Positions 10,391 through 22,210 are shown, counted from the first letter of the stretch. The stretch: DNA of 64,000 bases from Paramoeba atlantica (GCA_977017575.1 CDRNVI010000039.1:186001-250000); one strand, 5' to 3'. Numbers and translations: made by a program. Notes: generated from the letters alone by a model not told the origin.

Positions 10391-10700
10391 CAATGTGGTG
10401 TACGGGACGGTTTAATTACGGGACGGGTATTTAAGAGACAATATGGGGGTGGGGTCATACCTTTGGAATGGGACAAAAGAACTACAAGTGAAGCGCCCAA
10501 GTCACAGAGCGCGCAAGTTATCAGGCACACATAAAAATGTACTTGTACAATAAGTGAACGAAAATGAGATAAATACGAGAAGATAATTGAAAGAAAAAGG
10601 TATAGTAGAGCCTTGGAAAAAAATGGAGAATTAATGGAAACTTTGGCCTTGATGGGGGGTGTCCCTTAATTAACCCGTCCCGTAATAAAGCCCCGCACTA
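10391..10700. mobile_element. MITE family A, diverged copy
   Basis: Same internal sequence as 27725-28073 and 55442-55789; ends cccgtcccgtaataaagccccgcac. Confidence 0.7.
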
Positions 10701-12538
10701 CTCTTTTAGGCTCTTCGTTAAACGCGGTGGTTTCAACTTCGAAGTCACCCATGCTGCGCGCTTCGCGTTGAAAACTACCGCCGCGTTTAACGAAGAGCCT
10801 AAAAAAGAAAATTTAGACCGGAAAGCTGAAGAAAACGGAAAGATTATGGCCAAAAATAGCCGAATTTCGGGTAAAAATGGGGTGATTTTTAGGTGTTTTT
10901 GCTCTCAAAGCACTAAATCCGACATTTGCGCGTGGGAAATCACTCATAGGCATGAATGAAAGCCTACCAAACGTACTGGGTAGAGAATACGACTCCATCC
11001 ATACCATTCTTTCGACACAGAAATGCCCCTTTAGGTCCGAAAAATACTTTTTCACCTTTTTTAGTCAAAAATGGGTCATTTTGAGGGGCGCACCACGGTT
11101 CGAAGAAGTGATACCTTGCGAAAACAACTGCGTAGAAAGCTAGTGTAGGTCCCAAACTATCAAAATACAATAGGGGAAACGATTTTGGAAAAATAGGTTT
11201 TTTGTCATTTTTTTCGCTAAGTTGAATTTTTTTTCAATTTTTTTTTCCCGAAAAAATCCGAACTTGGCGGACCCGTCCTGCGGATACGCGGGGGGGTCAC
11301 CCCCGGGTAGGGGGGTGGAAAATGCGCGCCAAGACCCCGGCTACCCTTTCTGCGGTTCTTTTTCGAAAACTAATTTTTTCGAAAAGATTTGCTCGACCAT
11401 GACCCCCCCTGGACCCCCCCCATGGACCCCCCATTTTTTTCAATTGTTTTTTTCAGTTTTGGACCACTTTTTTTCAGTTTTGGACCACGGGAGCCCCCCT
11501 TTTTTTTTTTTCTTCTATTATAAACCTCCCACAGCGAATAAGTCACCCCCCTCTTTTTTTTGTACAACGAGGCTTAGGGGGGTTGCGGCACCACTTTTTC
11601 GTTCAAAATTTTGAGATCTGCACGTTCCCGCTGTTTTTAGACCTCTTCACAGATAACAAATTAAAACTCATTTTTTTAATGACGTTTTTACATAGTCATG
11701 CCAATATTACCCGAAAAATCTCATGTTCCTCAACCAGGGGGGGAGAAGGGGGTCAACATGAAAATGGTGTCACAGATCTTCGCTAGGGGAACGAGACCTC
11801 TCGATTGCAACAAAAATGATCAAAAACAGATAACTAACATTCAATTTGTCACTTGGTGGAATATTTGTCTTTGATTGGTTCTTTCTTGAAACGGTGATAA
11901 ATCAACTTTTTTAAGCTGTCCCCTTTACTTTTTGCTTGAAGGGGCCTAAGGGGGTTAAGATATCATTTTCTCGTTCAAAAATCTGAGATCTACACGTTCC
12001 CACCATTTTTAGATCATCTTAGAAACTGAAGAAGAAAATTGTTTTTAGGTTCTATTTTTTTGTATCGTCATACCACACTAATTTAAGAAAACAAACACTC
12101 CGCGGCCAGGGGGCACAAGTGGGTCAATATTAAAAAATAGCGGCAAAGATCTTTGCTAGGAGAACGAGATCTCTCGTTCGCAACAAAAATCAGAAAAAAC
12201 GGACAAAAATAATTGAATTTCTCATGGGAGGAGAAGATTTAATTAGTTAAAGTGTGAGAAATTGGTCTCTTGAAAAATGTGAAGAAAGTGATAATCCATC
12301 TATCGGATGCACGCATTTGAGAGCCTTGGTTCCACGCTATAACGCGCAAAGTCTTTGTGTTGGGAACAGCAAAATGCAACAAAAATGAGCTCAAACGGAC
12401 ACTTGGCTGAAAAGTTAGAGCGGGGTGACTTTTCGCTGTGGGGGGTTTATTACTGTGTTCCTCTTTATATTTTCACTGTTTTTGTTCACTTTTTTTTCAA
12501 TAATCGAGGGTAGAGCGGTAGTTTTACAACCACCGCAA
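10701..12538. mobile_element. Family B (Helitron2/Helentron-like non-autonomous element), interrupted by a 925-bp insertion
   Basis: Long palindromic end at 10701-10810, family B body to 11520, resuming at 12450 and ending gagcggtagttttacaaccaccgcaa. Confidence 0.8.
11523..12447. mobile_element. Non-autonomous Tc1/mariner-type element (family C), TA TSD
   Basis: Imperfect ~26-bp TIRs aacctcccacagcgaataagtcacccc / ggggtgacttttcgctgtggggggtt flanked by TA. Removal restores the family B sequence cttctattaTAttactgtg seen near 47600. Confidence 0.85.
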
Positions 12539-12824
12539 TAACAGGATACCTACTACATACATGTATTATTTGAAAAAAAAAATCAGTACTCTTTTTGGTT
12601 GTAAGTTGTAACTTACAATTGTAACTTACAAGTCACTTACTCCAGGGTGTGATAAGTGGTCATGGGTATACTGTCCTGGAACATATTTAAATTGCGTAGG
12701 ATATAATTTGTAGTAATTCACTACATGAGTAATTGGTGTAATAAATTACTACATTCGAATTGAACATTATTGCATCTTCTGCCGTAGAGTACAGTTGATA
12801 TTTCTTTTGTAGAACGCTTGTAAT

Positions 12825-13874
12825 TTAATTTATTGGAGTGTGATTCTTACGATGAAGGCTGCGCTGGGTAGCCCAGGAAAACCACACAGCGTCGACCATT
12901 CTTGCCATAATAAGAACCCCTCCTAATATCGACAGCATTTGCATCGATAAATGTAGGAAAGATCTATGTGGGTACTCCTCTTGATAACGCACAGTCACTG
13001 CGCTGGGCTCATACAAAAAATGTATGCCTGGAAGCTTAGAATCCATACTTGCCCCCGCGCTAAGAATTTCATAGTGATGTGTGACACTGTACTGATATGC
13101 ACGTAGTTGCGTGGAATTTACGTAAGAGTAAACCGTGGGAACCACTTTGATCCAGTATTGATGTCGACCAGTGGAATGCGCCGGCAACGGAGGAGCGCGA
13201 AAAAATCCTCCAATACCCAATGCTGCTAGAAAAGGATTGAACAAAAAAGAATTTTCTAAATTCGGTTCCTGCTGCAGTGCTTTTTCCTCAGTGTGTAATA
13301 CGTAATGCTCCAGCAACGGATACCTCTGTCCTGGATATGGTTCGCCAAATCGTAGCTCATGAATGACATGTGAAGTGTTAATCACAGAATTGGCTTCTTG
13401 AATTGGTTCAATACTCGGATCCACAGAATAACTCGAGGATGTTACGTGATGATGCGAAATTCTGATGTGACCAGGAAGTGGTGGAACATAAAAATTTGCC
13501 TCTATTCTGCAACCCAAAAAAGAATCATCTGTACTTTGTCCCTGGCTACATGTATATTTACGACTCTTGACTGGAGATGCAGGAGATCCAGAAAAATCAA
13601 CAAGTTCCACGGATAAGTTATCGCATCCAATTTCTAGCACAGTTACGTTAAGAAAAAGAGGAATATCATCCATGTTTCGCAAGCTAGAGTGTACATCGAA
13701 ACTTTGACTGGTTACAGTTTCCCTATAGTGTTTGATTTCCGTAAAACACAAGTAGAATACCCATAAAAAGCTCGCTAGAGAAAATATTCCACCTGCGGAA
13801 GAGCGTTCTCTGGCTTCAGTCTCGAATCGTACATCGTATTTTGCAAAAATATCCAAATGTTTAAGAGATTGCAT
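12825..13874 (-). CDS. ERGIC2/ERGIC3 (Erv41/Erv46) family COPII cargo protein
   Basis: Likely start MQSLKHLDIFAK at 13874; N-terminal TM; GCRIEA, SHVIHELRFG, QYWIKVVPTVY, YQYSVT, LPGIHFLYE; C-terminal TM SILGGV. Confidence 0.9.
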   Translation of the reverse strand: MQSLKHLDIFAKYDVRFETEARERSSAGGIFSLASFLWVFYLCFTEIKHYRETVTSQSFDVHSSLRNMDDIPLFLNVTVLEIGCDNLSVELVDFSGSPASPVKSRKYTCSQGQSTDDSFLGCRIEANFYVPPLPGHIRISHHHVTSSSYSVDPSIEPIQEANSVINTSHVIHELRFGEPYPGQRYPLLEHYVLHTEEKALQQEPNLENSFLFNPFLAALGIGGFFRAPPLPAHSTGRHQYWIKVVPTVYSYVNSTQLRAYQYSVTHHYEILSAGASMDSKLPGIHFLYEPSAVTVRYQEEYPHRSFLHLSMQMLSILGGVLIMARMVDAVWFSWATQRSLHRKNHTPIN

Positions 13875-14391
13875 GAAGAAAGAACACACTGTTCTATCTT
13901 TTATCTTGACAGTAAGTACGTCAGTGTTTGCTGGATGGACATAAATAGATGTGTAAGACAATGGCCTGTCGCTTGAGACGCACGTTCACTTTCCGACATG
14001 TCATATATTAAGAAGGATATTCGTTTTTAGAGAAGGGTAGAAAAATGCTTTTAATTGTTCACAAGTTTTTTAATCGTTGTGCAGTCTTGGCCAAGAGTTG
14101 CTCCCAGAAAATGTACTTTGTTAAACTTTGAAAAATGTATTTTCTTCCCTTTTAGCTTCACATCGTTCATAAAAAAGGGTAAAAAATCATATTTTTTGTA
14201 CCCAGCCAATTCACGAGAATCTCTATAAAAACTGTCGGCGAAGTTCCGTGCTATGGGGACGAAATATATCGTGTGCTAGAACAAAATGAAAAAAAAACGG
14301 TCAAATAACTGTCAGGGGGGATACCAAACACTCCAGACAAGCCTAGCTCAACGAAGTGCTTAAGAGGCATTGTAACAGCGCATAGGAGAAA

Positions 14392-16821
14392 CTACCGATT
14401 TGCACTTTTGTTTTCGTATTTTTGATTTGCACTTTGCAATGCTTCGTAGAGTTCAGGTGCCCAATGTGGTCCCAACCTCTGTAAGTACAGAAACACGCGA
14501 TGGCGTTGTATTGAGCTCCTTTGCAAACTGCTCAGATGTTCCTTTTGTAAAGTTTCTAAGGAATATCTTATGACCAAGTTTTCCTCTCGAGCAAAGTTAG
14601 GCCGCCACTGTTGTCCGTACGGACCAGTAAGTAGAGAAGCGTATGTGCTGAACAAACGAACGCAGTCCTCCCTAGAGGGCACTGTCTTCTTTTGTATACT
14701 GTCGAACGCTTTACAGATTTCAACAGCCTGTGGCATAGGCTCTGGTAATTTTTTTCCAGCAATAGTAAGTTGGTGACGTAAAGAACGTTGAATAGCGCAG
14801 CGCAAGGTGTCAATAAGGTACACCCAATGAGGATCTTTGGAACCCTTTTCTGTTCGTGTATCATACTGTGCGATTGTTTGTATGGTTCTAAGGTTTACTG
14901 TGTAAAAAATGCAACGGATAAGTGCTTTGAGCTTCACAAATGGCACTTGTGGCCTATCGAGACCCTTGCCCCAAAGTAGGTAACAATTTTCTTCCGAGAC
15001 AAAAATTCGTAGAAGGTTGAGACATGCAAGAAAAAGTGGATTAAGCTTGTGAATCTCCATGTTCACAATGCACGAGGCCGACGATAGAGAAACAACCTCA
15101 AGCAAGAAGGAAAGAGAAGAAAAAGTTTGGGAATTTGCGAGATTTTTTTCGTTTAACACAAAGGATAACCAGGCACCCCAAACGGCTTCATGCCTTGGGT
15201 GATTTTCTGCGCACGTGACCAAGAAATGACCCACATGAGCAGCATCTGCAAGAAATAATGTTTTTATGCCGGTTCGGGATTCTAAGAGGTCATCAACTAG
15301 CGTGATGCACATCTTGTGTACCGATTCCTTTGAGATGCAATGCCATAAGGCGCGTAGAACAATACATCTGGCTCGAAGAACCCAAGTAGAACCGTCTTTG
15401 TTATAGCGATGGAGCAAAGCCTGTACAACAGGGCCTCCACGGCAGTGATGAACGGCACACAGCTGAGCCAAGCGAACTGCTAAGTCGGCTGGAGCAGAGT
15501 TCTCTAGCATGTATAATACACTTGGGACCTGAAAAACAACGTGCACGGCTTCCAGAACTTCTTGCGAAGGAAAAGCTTCGCAAGACGTACAAAATTCGGA
15601 AAGAAAAGTAGTTGAAATGATTTGATGAGTTAGACAATTTCTTTGTGATGAGATGCACTTTAAGGCGCAAAGTAACAAATTAGTTGCGTGTCGGGGATAT
15701 CGTAAAGACAAGTTGTTCAAGACGTTCCATACCTCTTCAAGTATTCTCAGAAGTTCTCCTCCTTGATATTTGTCAAAAGGTTTCGTCAGTTGCTGGTGCA
15801 AATCTTTTAGAAGTACACGGACAACATGCAAGGAACCGTTTTTACAAGACTCTGAACCACTATTGAAATCCTCCCCACTTCTCAAATCTTGAAGAAATAT
15901 TGTGAATAGCCTAGAATATGGAAAATTTTCAATCCCAACACGGTCAGATTCTTTTGTGAAAAACGGAATAAGAACCTTCTGTAAGGCTCGACTCCGTGCA
16001 CAATGATAGGCTTCCCATACTGAGGTGTTGGCAACGTCCTGCAAAAATCGTTTACTAACCGTTATAAAGTACACATAATCTATGAGCTGCTTGACAGGCT
16101 TCCATGTTGTAACCGAATCTTTGTAGCGACATCCTGTAATACGGTCGATAACGTTGTTTATAAACTGGAGAACGTCTCGAGGATCCTTATTGAATCGTTG
16201 TTCACTAAACGCGGAAGGGGCATTGACTTCGATGTTGCCGGAATAGTCAGATTTTTCATCCGCATTATCTGTCGTTGGAGGTATCGATACGGGAGAATCT
16301 TCATTAAGACATGTCAAGCCTCCGAAGCCAGAAGGCTTTACTATGCGCCGACAATGCTCACGCAAATTATTATCTAATAAATCGCACCTTGATTTGTGAT
16401 CCAATGTTCGGGAATTGTATTTTCGTGCCGCTGCGTCGATAATAAGTAGTTTTGTAGCTTGTTTCGGATGCAAATGCGTCTTGTCACCACGTGCTCTTGT
16501 TAAGAGAACTGAACTAATCTCTCTACACGCTTCAGATTGATTAGGTATGAGATCGTTTTCTGAAAATAATGAAATTGCAGAGATCAAGGTTGAAGTGGGC
16601 ACACTAGACAAACAATTTGAAACTAGCTTCCATTGCGATCTAATTTCCTGTCGATCTGTGTCATTAGGGTACGATCCTTGCCGAAACATCATGATCATCG
16701 CATGTAGTGTAGGGACACATCCTTCCGCAGCACATGTCGAACTGTGCCTAAACAGAAAATCCAACAGCAAACCACCGGAGCGGACGTCGGAGCATTTATT
16801 TCGCATAACCCGCCAAAGCAT
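14392..16821 (-). CDS. Hypothetical helical protein (~809 aa), possibly mitochondrial
   Basis: Long ORF on the cluster strand; first ATG at 16821 (MLWRVMRNK..., Arg-rich N-terminus); no family recognised. Confidence 0.75.
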   Translation of the reverse strand: MLWRVMRNKCSDVRSGGLLLDFLFRHSSTCAAEGCVPTLHAMIMMFRQGSYPNDTDRQEIRSQWKLVSNCLSSVPTSTLISAISLFSENDLIPNQSEACREISSVLLTRARGDKTHLHPKQATKLLIIDAAARKYNSRTLDHKSRCDLLDNNLREHCRRIVKPSGFGGLTCLNEDSPVSIPPTTDNADEKSDYSGNIEVNAPSAFSEQRFNKDPRDVLQFINNVIDRITGCRYKDSVTTWKPVKQLIDYVYFITVSKRFLQDVANTSVWEAYHCARSRALQKVLIPFFTKESDRVGIENFPYSRLFTIFLQDLRSGEDFNSGSESCKNGSLHVVRVLLKDLHQQLTKPFDKYQGGELLRILEEVWNVLNNLSLRYPRHATNLLLCALKCISSQRNCLTHQIISTTFLSEFCTSCEAFPSQEVLEAVHVVFQVPSVLYMLENSAPADLAVRLAQLCAVHHCRGGPVVQALLHRYNKDGSTWVLRARCIVLRALWHCISKESVHKMCITLVDDLLESRTGIKTLFLADAAHVGHFLVTCAENHPRHEAVWGAWLSFVLNEKNLANSQTFSSLSFLLEVVSLSSASCIVNMEIHKLNPLFLACLNLLRIFVSEENCYLLWGKGLDRPQVPFVKLKALIRCIFYTVNLRTIQTIAQYDTRTEKGSKDPHWVYLIDTLRCAIQRSLRHQLTIAGKKLPEPMPQAVEICKAFDSIQKKTVPSREDCVRLFSTYASLLTGPYGQQWRPNFAREENLVIRYSLETLQKEHLSSLQRSSIQRHRVFLYLQRLGPHWAPELYEALQSANQKYENKSANR

Positions 16822-16960
16822 GATCAAGAAAATGAGAAACCTATCGTTTCATGCTAAGGTATACTAGAAACTTAAAATTAAGAATACTGGACCCCATTAT
16901 TGTCACAATATTTTAAAGTTAAAGTAACCCCGGTAAAGGTGTATGATTCGAGTCGGAATT

Positions 16961-17062
16961 TAAATTTTTTAGTCGCTTCGTTAAACGTGGTGGTTGTTTT
17001 CAACTTAGAAGGCACCACTGCTGCGCGCTTCGCGTTGAAAACTACCTCCGCGTTTAACAAAT
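16961..17062. repeat. Solo copy of the family B terminal palindrome
   Basis: cgttaaacgtggtggttgttttcaac-loop-gttgaaaactacctccgcgtttaac with no family B body adjacent. Confidence 0.75.
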
Positions 17063-17245
17063 TGGAATACGGACGAGGATGACTTAGCTGAGGGGTTGGA
17101 TGGGTAGAAAATCAACAGACTCATGAAGATAACAGGTCATTGCCCACCAAAAAGTATTCTCCCAGTCACACAGACCTTTCAAAACCATTATCAAAAGCAC
17201 GGTCTATAGTTCCAATAAACTTTAGATTGTCAATAAAAAGAAAAG

Positions 17246-17548
17246 TTAGATGGAACCTTCATCAAAAAGAAACGCAGTGATATAATTGTCAGGATCAACA
17301 TCCAAAGCCCGCAAATCACAGTCCTGGTGAGAACCATCTGGAAAATTCCTGCGCACGCGCAAAGGTAATGATTTCTCCAAAAGTTCGCGCATCGCTATTC
17401 GTGTAGCATCATCCTCTGGTAAAATACAAGAAGCTTTTGGTGGAGCCCCACGTGATAGTTCCTCCGCTCGTTCCGCAATGATTCGCGCCCTTTCAAAACG
17501 AGTTAAATACGGATAACTTTCACTAAGAGAAAAATCATCCACGGACAT
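17246..17548 (-). CDS. RPB6: RNA polymerase subunit RPB6/RpoK (divergent, possibly the RPB6z-type paralogue)
   Basis: YPYLTRFERARII...IAMRELLEKSLPLRVRRNFPDGS matches the Rpb6/RpoK core. Confidence 0.88.
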   Translation of the reverse strand: MSVDDFSLSESYPYLTRFERARIIAERAEELSRGAPPKASCILPEDDATRIAMRELLEKSLPLRVRRNFPDGSHQDCDLRALDVDPDNYITAFLFDEGSI

Positions 17549-17902
17549 GACGGATTCAACACACGTTCTTTTTAATCCGTAAACAGTAAATCAAAACAAT
17601 AATAAAACCGATAAATCGCCATAAATTAGTTAAAAAAACTACAAGAAAACAAAAAATACAATACCCCTCGGGAAAAAACTGCGTAAATTTTAATTCCCAA
17701 GATCGATTTTCCGTTCCTGTCTATTCCTATTTATGTAATGTCTACCTAATGAATTCTGTCTACGTAATAAATTCAAACATGCGGCATTCGATTTCGCCCG
17801 CCCGTGGGTACCGTTTCACTACGTATTCTTGAACAAAAACATGAATCGAAATATAACAAACAGAATGTTAACTCAACGCATTGCACTTTTTGAATTATTA
17901 TT

Positions 17903-20630
17903 TGCACTGGATCCACCCACCCTATTACCCGGGACTGACGACCTCGCGTAGTTGCGAGAGCATGCACCACGTTGCGTGGCACGGGAGACTCATCCGTTTA
18001 TTCCGCATTCGTCATACGGAGACGGCATGACGTCTGAGAGTAACTGGCATCGTGTTGATGACAGTCGGTACTTGCATTGGATCCACCCACCCTATTACCC
18101 GGGACTGACGACCTCGCGTAGTTGCGAGAGCATGCACCACGTCGCGTGGCACGGGAGACTCATCCGTTTATTCCGCATTCGGCATACGGAGACGGCATGA
18201 CGTCTGAGAGTAACTGGCATTGTGTTGATGACAGTCGGTACTTGCATTGGATCCACCCACCCTATTACCCGGGACTGACGACCTCGCGTAGTTGCGAGAG
18301 CATGCACCACGTTGCGTGGCACGGGAGACTCATCCGTTTATTCCGCATTCAGCATACGGAGACGGCATGACGTCTGAGAGTAACTGGCATCGTGTTGATG
18401 ACAGTCGGTACTTGCATTGGATCCACCCACCCTATTACCCGGGACTGACGACCTCGCGTAGTTGCGAGAGCATGCACCACGTTGCGTGGCACGGGAGACT
18501 CATCCGTTTATTCCGCATTCAGCATACGGAGACGGCATGACGTCTGAGAGTAACTGGCATCGTGTTGATGACAGTCGGTACTTGCATTGGATCCACCCAC
18601 CCTATTACCCGGGACTGACGACCTCGCGTAGTTGCGAGAACATGCACCACGTCGCGTGGCACGGGAGACTCATCCGTTTATTCCGCATTCGGCATACGGA
18701 GACGGCATGACGTCTGAGAGTAACTGGCATTGTGTTGATGACAGTCGGTACTTGCATTGGATCCACCCACCCTATTACCCGGGACTGACGACCTCGCGTA
18801 GTTGCGAGAGCATGCACCACGTTGCGTGGCACGGGAGACTCATCCGTTTATTCCGCATTCAGCATACGGAGACGGCATGACGTCTGAGAGTAACTGGCAT
18901 CGTGTTGATGACAGTCGGTACTTGCATTGGATCCACCCACCCTATTACCCGGGACTGACGACCTCGCGTAGTTGCGAGAACATGCACCACGTCGCGTGGC
19001 ACGGGAGACTCATCCGTTTATTCCGCATTCAGCATACGGAGACGGCATGACGTCTGAGAGTAACTGGCATCGTGTTGATGACAGTCGGTACTTGCATTGG
19101 ATCCACCCACCCTATTACCCGGGACTGACGACCTCGCGTAGTTGCGAGAACATGCACCACGTCGCGTGGCACGGGAGACTCATCCGTTTATTCCGCATTC
19201 GGCATACGGAGACGGCATGACGTCTGAGAGTAACTGGCATTGTGTTGATGACAGTCGGTACTTGCATTGGATCCACCCACCCTATTACCCGGGACTGACG
19301 ACCTCGCGTAGTTGCGAGAGCATGCACCACGTTGCGTGGCACGGGAGACTCATCCGTTTATTCCGCATTCGGCATACGGAGACGGCATGACGTCTGAGAG
19401 TAACTGGCATCGTGTTGATGACAGTCGGTACTTGCATTGGATTCACCCACCCTATTACCCGGGACTGACGACCTCGCGTAGTTGCGAGAGCATGCACCAC
19501 GTTGCGTGGCACGGGAGACTCATCCGTTTATTCCGCATTCGGCATACGGAGACGGCATGACGTCTGAGAGTAACTGGCATCGTGTTGATGACAGTCGGTA
19601 CTTGCATTGGATCCACCCACCCTATTACCCGGGACTGACGACCTCGCGTAGCTGCGAGAGCATGCACCACGTTGCGTGGCACGGGAGACTCATCCGTTTA
19701 TTCCGCATTCAGCATACGGAGACGGCATGACGTCTGAGAGTAACTGGCATCGTGTTGATGACAGTCGGTACTTGCATTGGATCCACCCACCCTATTACCC
19801 GGGACTGACGACCTCGCGTAGTTGCGAGAGCATGCACCACGTTGCGTGGCACGGGAGACTCATCCGTTTATTCCGCATTCGGCATACGGAGACGGCATGA
19901 CGTCTGAGAGTAACTGGCATCGTGTTGATGACAGTCGGTACTTGCATTGGATTCACCCACCCTATTACCCGGGACTGACGACCTCGCGTAGTTGCGAGAG
20001 CATGCACCACGTTGCGTGGCACGGGAGACTCATCCGTTTATTCCGCATTCGGCATACGGAGACGGCATGACGTCTGAGAGTAACTGGCATCGTGTTGATG
20101 ACAGTCGGTACTTGCATTGGATCCACCCACCCTATTACCCGGGACTGACGACCTCGCGTAGCTGCGAGAGCATGCACCACGTTGCGTGGCACGGGAGACT
20201 CATCCGTTTATTCCGCATTCGGCATACGGAGACGGCATGACGTCTGAGAGTAACTGGCATCGTGTTGATGACAGTCGGTACTTGCATTGGATCCACCCAC
20301 CCTATTACCCGGGACTGACGACCTCGCGTAGTTGCGAGAACATGCACCACGTTGCGTGGCACGGGAGATTCATCCGTTTATTCCGCATTCGGCATACGGA
20401 GACGGCATGACGTCTGAGAGTAACTGGCATCGTGTTGATGACAGTCGGTACTTGCATTGGATCCACCCACCCTATTACCCGGGACTGACGACCTCGCGTA
20501 GTTGCGAGAACATGCACCACGTCGCGTGGCACGGGAGACTCATCCGTTTATTCAGCATTCGGCATACGGAGACGGCATGACGTCTGAGAGTAACTGGCAT
20601 TGTGTTGATGACAGTCGGTACTTGCATTGA
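17903..20630. repeat. 170-bp tandem satellite, about 16 near-identical units
   Basis: Unit ...ggatccacccaccctattacccgggactgacgacc...gacagtcggtacttgcatt recurs every 170 bp with few SNPs. Confidence 0.97.
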
Positions 20631-21340
20631 ATCTGAGTTGTGACGATCTAGGTATGTGAATGGATTTGCAGGAGTTGATGGCTATAAAGTGGTGCTTTGT
20701 GATGCTCCATATTTACATATCGCGAGTGCTCCGATGTTCCGTTTCATGTGAATGGCAACGTTCTTTTTTGGTTGTTTGGAGAGGTCTGAGGAGGAAGGAC
20801 AAAAGTGCTCTGTTGTTTTGAGAGGTTCGTTGCTCCGGAAAACAGACCGTATGAATAACGGTTTGTTATTTGCAGAGGAGAGAAATGCTATGGGTGTTGG
20901 AATCTATCGGGGCATTATCTTAACTTGTTCTGCTTAATGTTGATATACGATGTATGTAGAATGTAGAAAGAACTATACAGTGTAGTAAAATCGCTATTTA
21001 AATGGTATAGTGTTATTTAAATAATATAGTGTTAAAGTTTCTATTTAAATAATATAGCGTCAACGCTATAATATTTAAATAGGGGAAAAACGCATGTAAA
21101 AATGTCGTCTTAAGAAGTACGTACGGTAGTTTAAGGGGCTTCTAAGTTGGTATAGAGCACTTAAAAAGCTGTAAAAACTGATTTTAGCCTACAATTCTAG
21201 CTATTAACAAAGAATTCTAGGTATTTTTTTATTATTAAAGTTGCACGTCTGACCATTCCCAGAATAGTGAGCTTTAAAACGCAAAAAGCTGTGTGCAATT
21301 CCATGAGTTCAAAGGAGTACATTATAGTATTATAGTATTA

Positions 21341-22210
21341 TTGCGGTGGTTGTAAAACTACCGCTCTACACTCGATTATTGAAAAAAAAGTGAACAAAAA
21401 CAGTGAAAATATAAAGGGGAACACAGTAATATAATAGAAGAAAAAAATATAAAAGGGGGCTCCGGTGGACCAAAACTGAAAAAAAAATTTGAAAAAAATT
21501 GGGGGTCCATGGGGGGGGTCCAGGGGGGTCATGGTCGAGCAAATTTTTTCGAAAAAATTAGTTTTCGAAAAAAAACCGCAGAAAGGGTAGCCGGTGTCTT
21601 GGCGCGCATTTTCCACCCCCTACCCGGGGGTGACCCCCCCGCGTATCCGCAGGACGGGTCCGCCAAGTTCGGAAATTTTCGGAAAAATCTGAAAAACATT
21701 TCAACTTGGCGAAAAAAATGGCAAAAAAAATATTTTTCCAAAATCGTTTCCCCTATTGTATTTTGATAGTTTGGGACCTACACTAGCTTTCTCCGCAGTT
21801 GTTTTCGCAAGATATCACTTCTTCGAACCGTGGTGCGCCCCCCAAAATGACCCATTTTTGACTAAAAAAGGTGAAAAAGTATTTTTCGGACCTAAAGGGG
21901 CATTTCTGCGTCGAAAGAATGGTATGGATGGAGTCGCATTCTCTACCCAATACGTTCGGTAGGCTTTCATTCATGCCTGCGAGTGATTTCCCACGCGCAA
22001 ATGTCGGATTTAGTGCTCTGAGAGCAAAAATATGCGAAAATGACCCCATTTGTACCCGAAATTCGGCTATTTTTGGCTATAATCTTTCCGTTTTCCAGGC
22101 TAAATTTTCTTTTTTAGGCTCTTTGTTAAACGCGGCGGTAGTTCAACGCGAAGCACGCAGCATGAGTGACTTCTAAGTTGAAAACAACCACCGCGTTTAA
22201 CGAAGAGCCT
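21341..22210. mobile_element. Family B full-length copy
   Basis: Starts ttgcggtggttgtaaaactaccgc (short hairpin) and ends caaccaccgcgtttaacgaagagcct. Confidence 0.9.

Noticed and set aside
17930-17975. Hammerhead ribozyme core (CTGACGA followed by a hairpin) in the satellite unit
   Set aside because: No GAAA after the putative stem II and no matching stems I/III could be built by eye; an Infernal scan would settle it
18050-18120. C/D snoRNA (TTGATGA ... CTGA) in each satellite unit
   Set aside because: Boxes lie on the strand opposite the gene cluster, there is no canonical terminal stem, and only ~8 nt of possible rRNA complementarity was seen; not excluded without RNA data
17903-20630. 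CRISPR array or repetitive protein gene (repeated 75-82 aa ORFs)
   Set aside because: No unique spacers and no cas genes; the 170-bp unit is not a multiple of 3, so the ORFs are by-products of the repeat
21338-22176. Recurrent ORFs such as MYFDSLGPTLAF and MKKYFSDLKGHF
   Set aside because: They recur only because they lie inside family B copies; mostly TTG/GTG starts and no protein motifs
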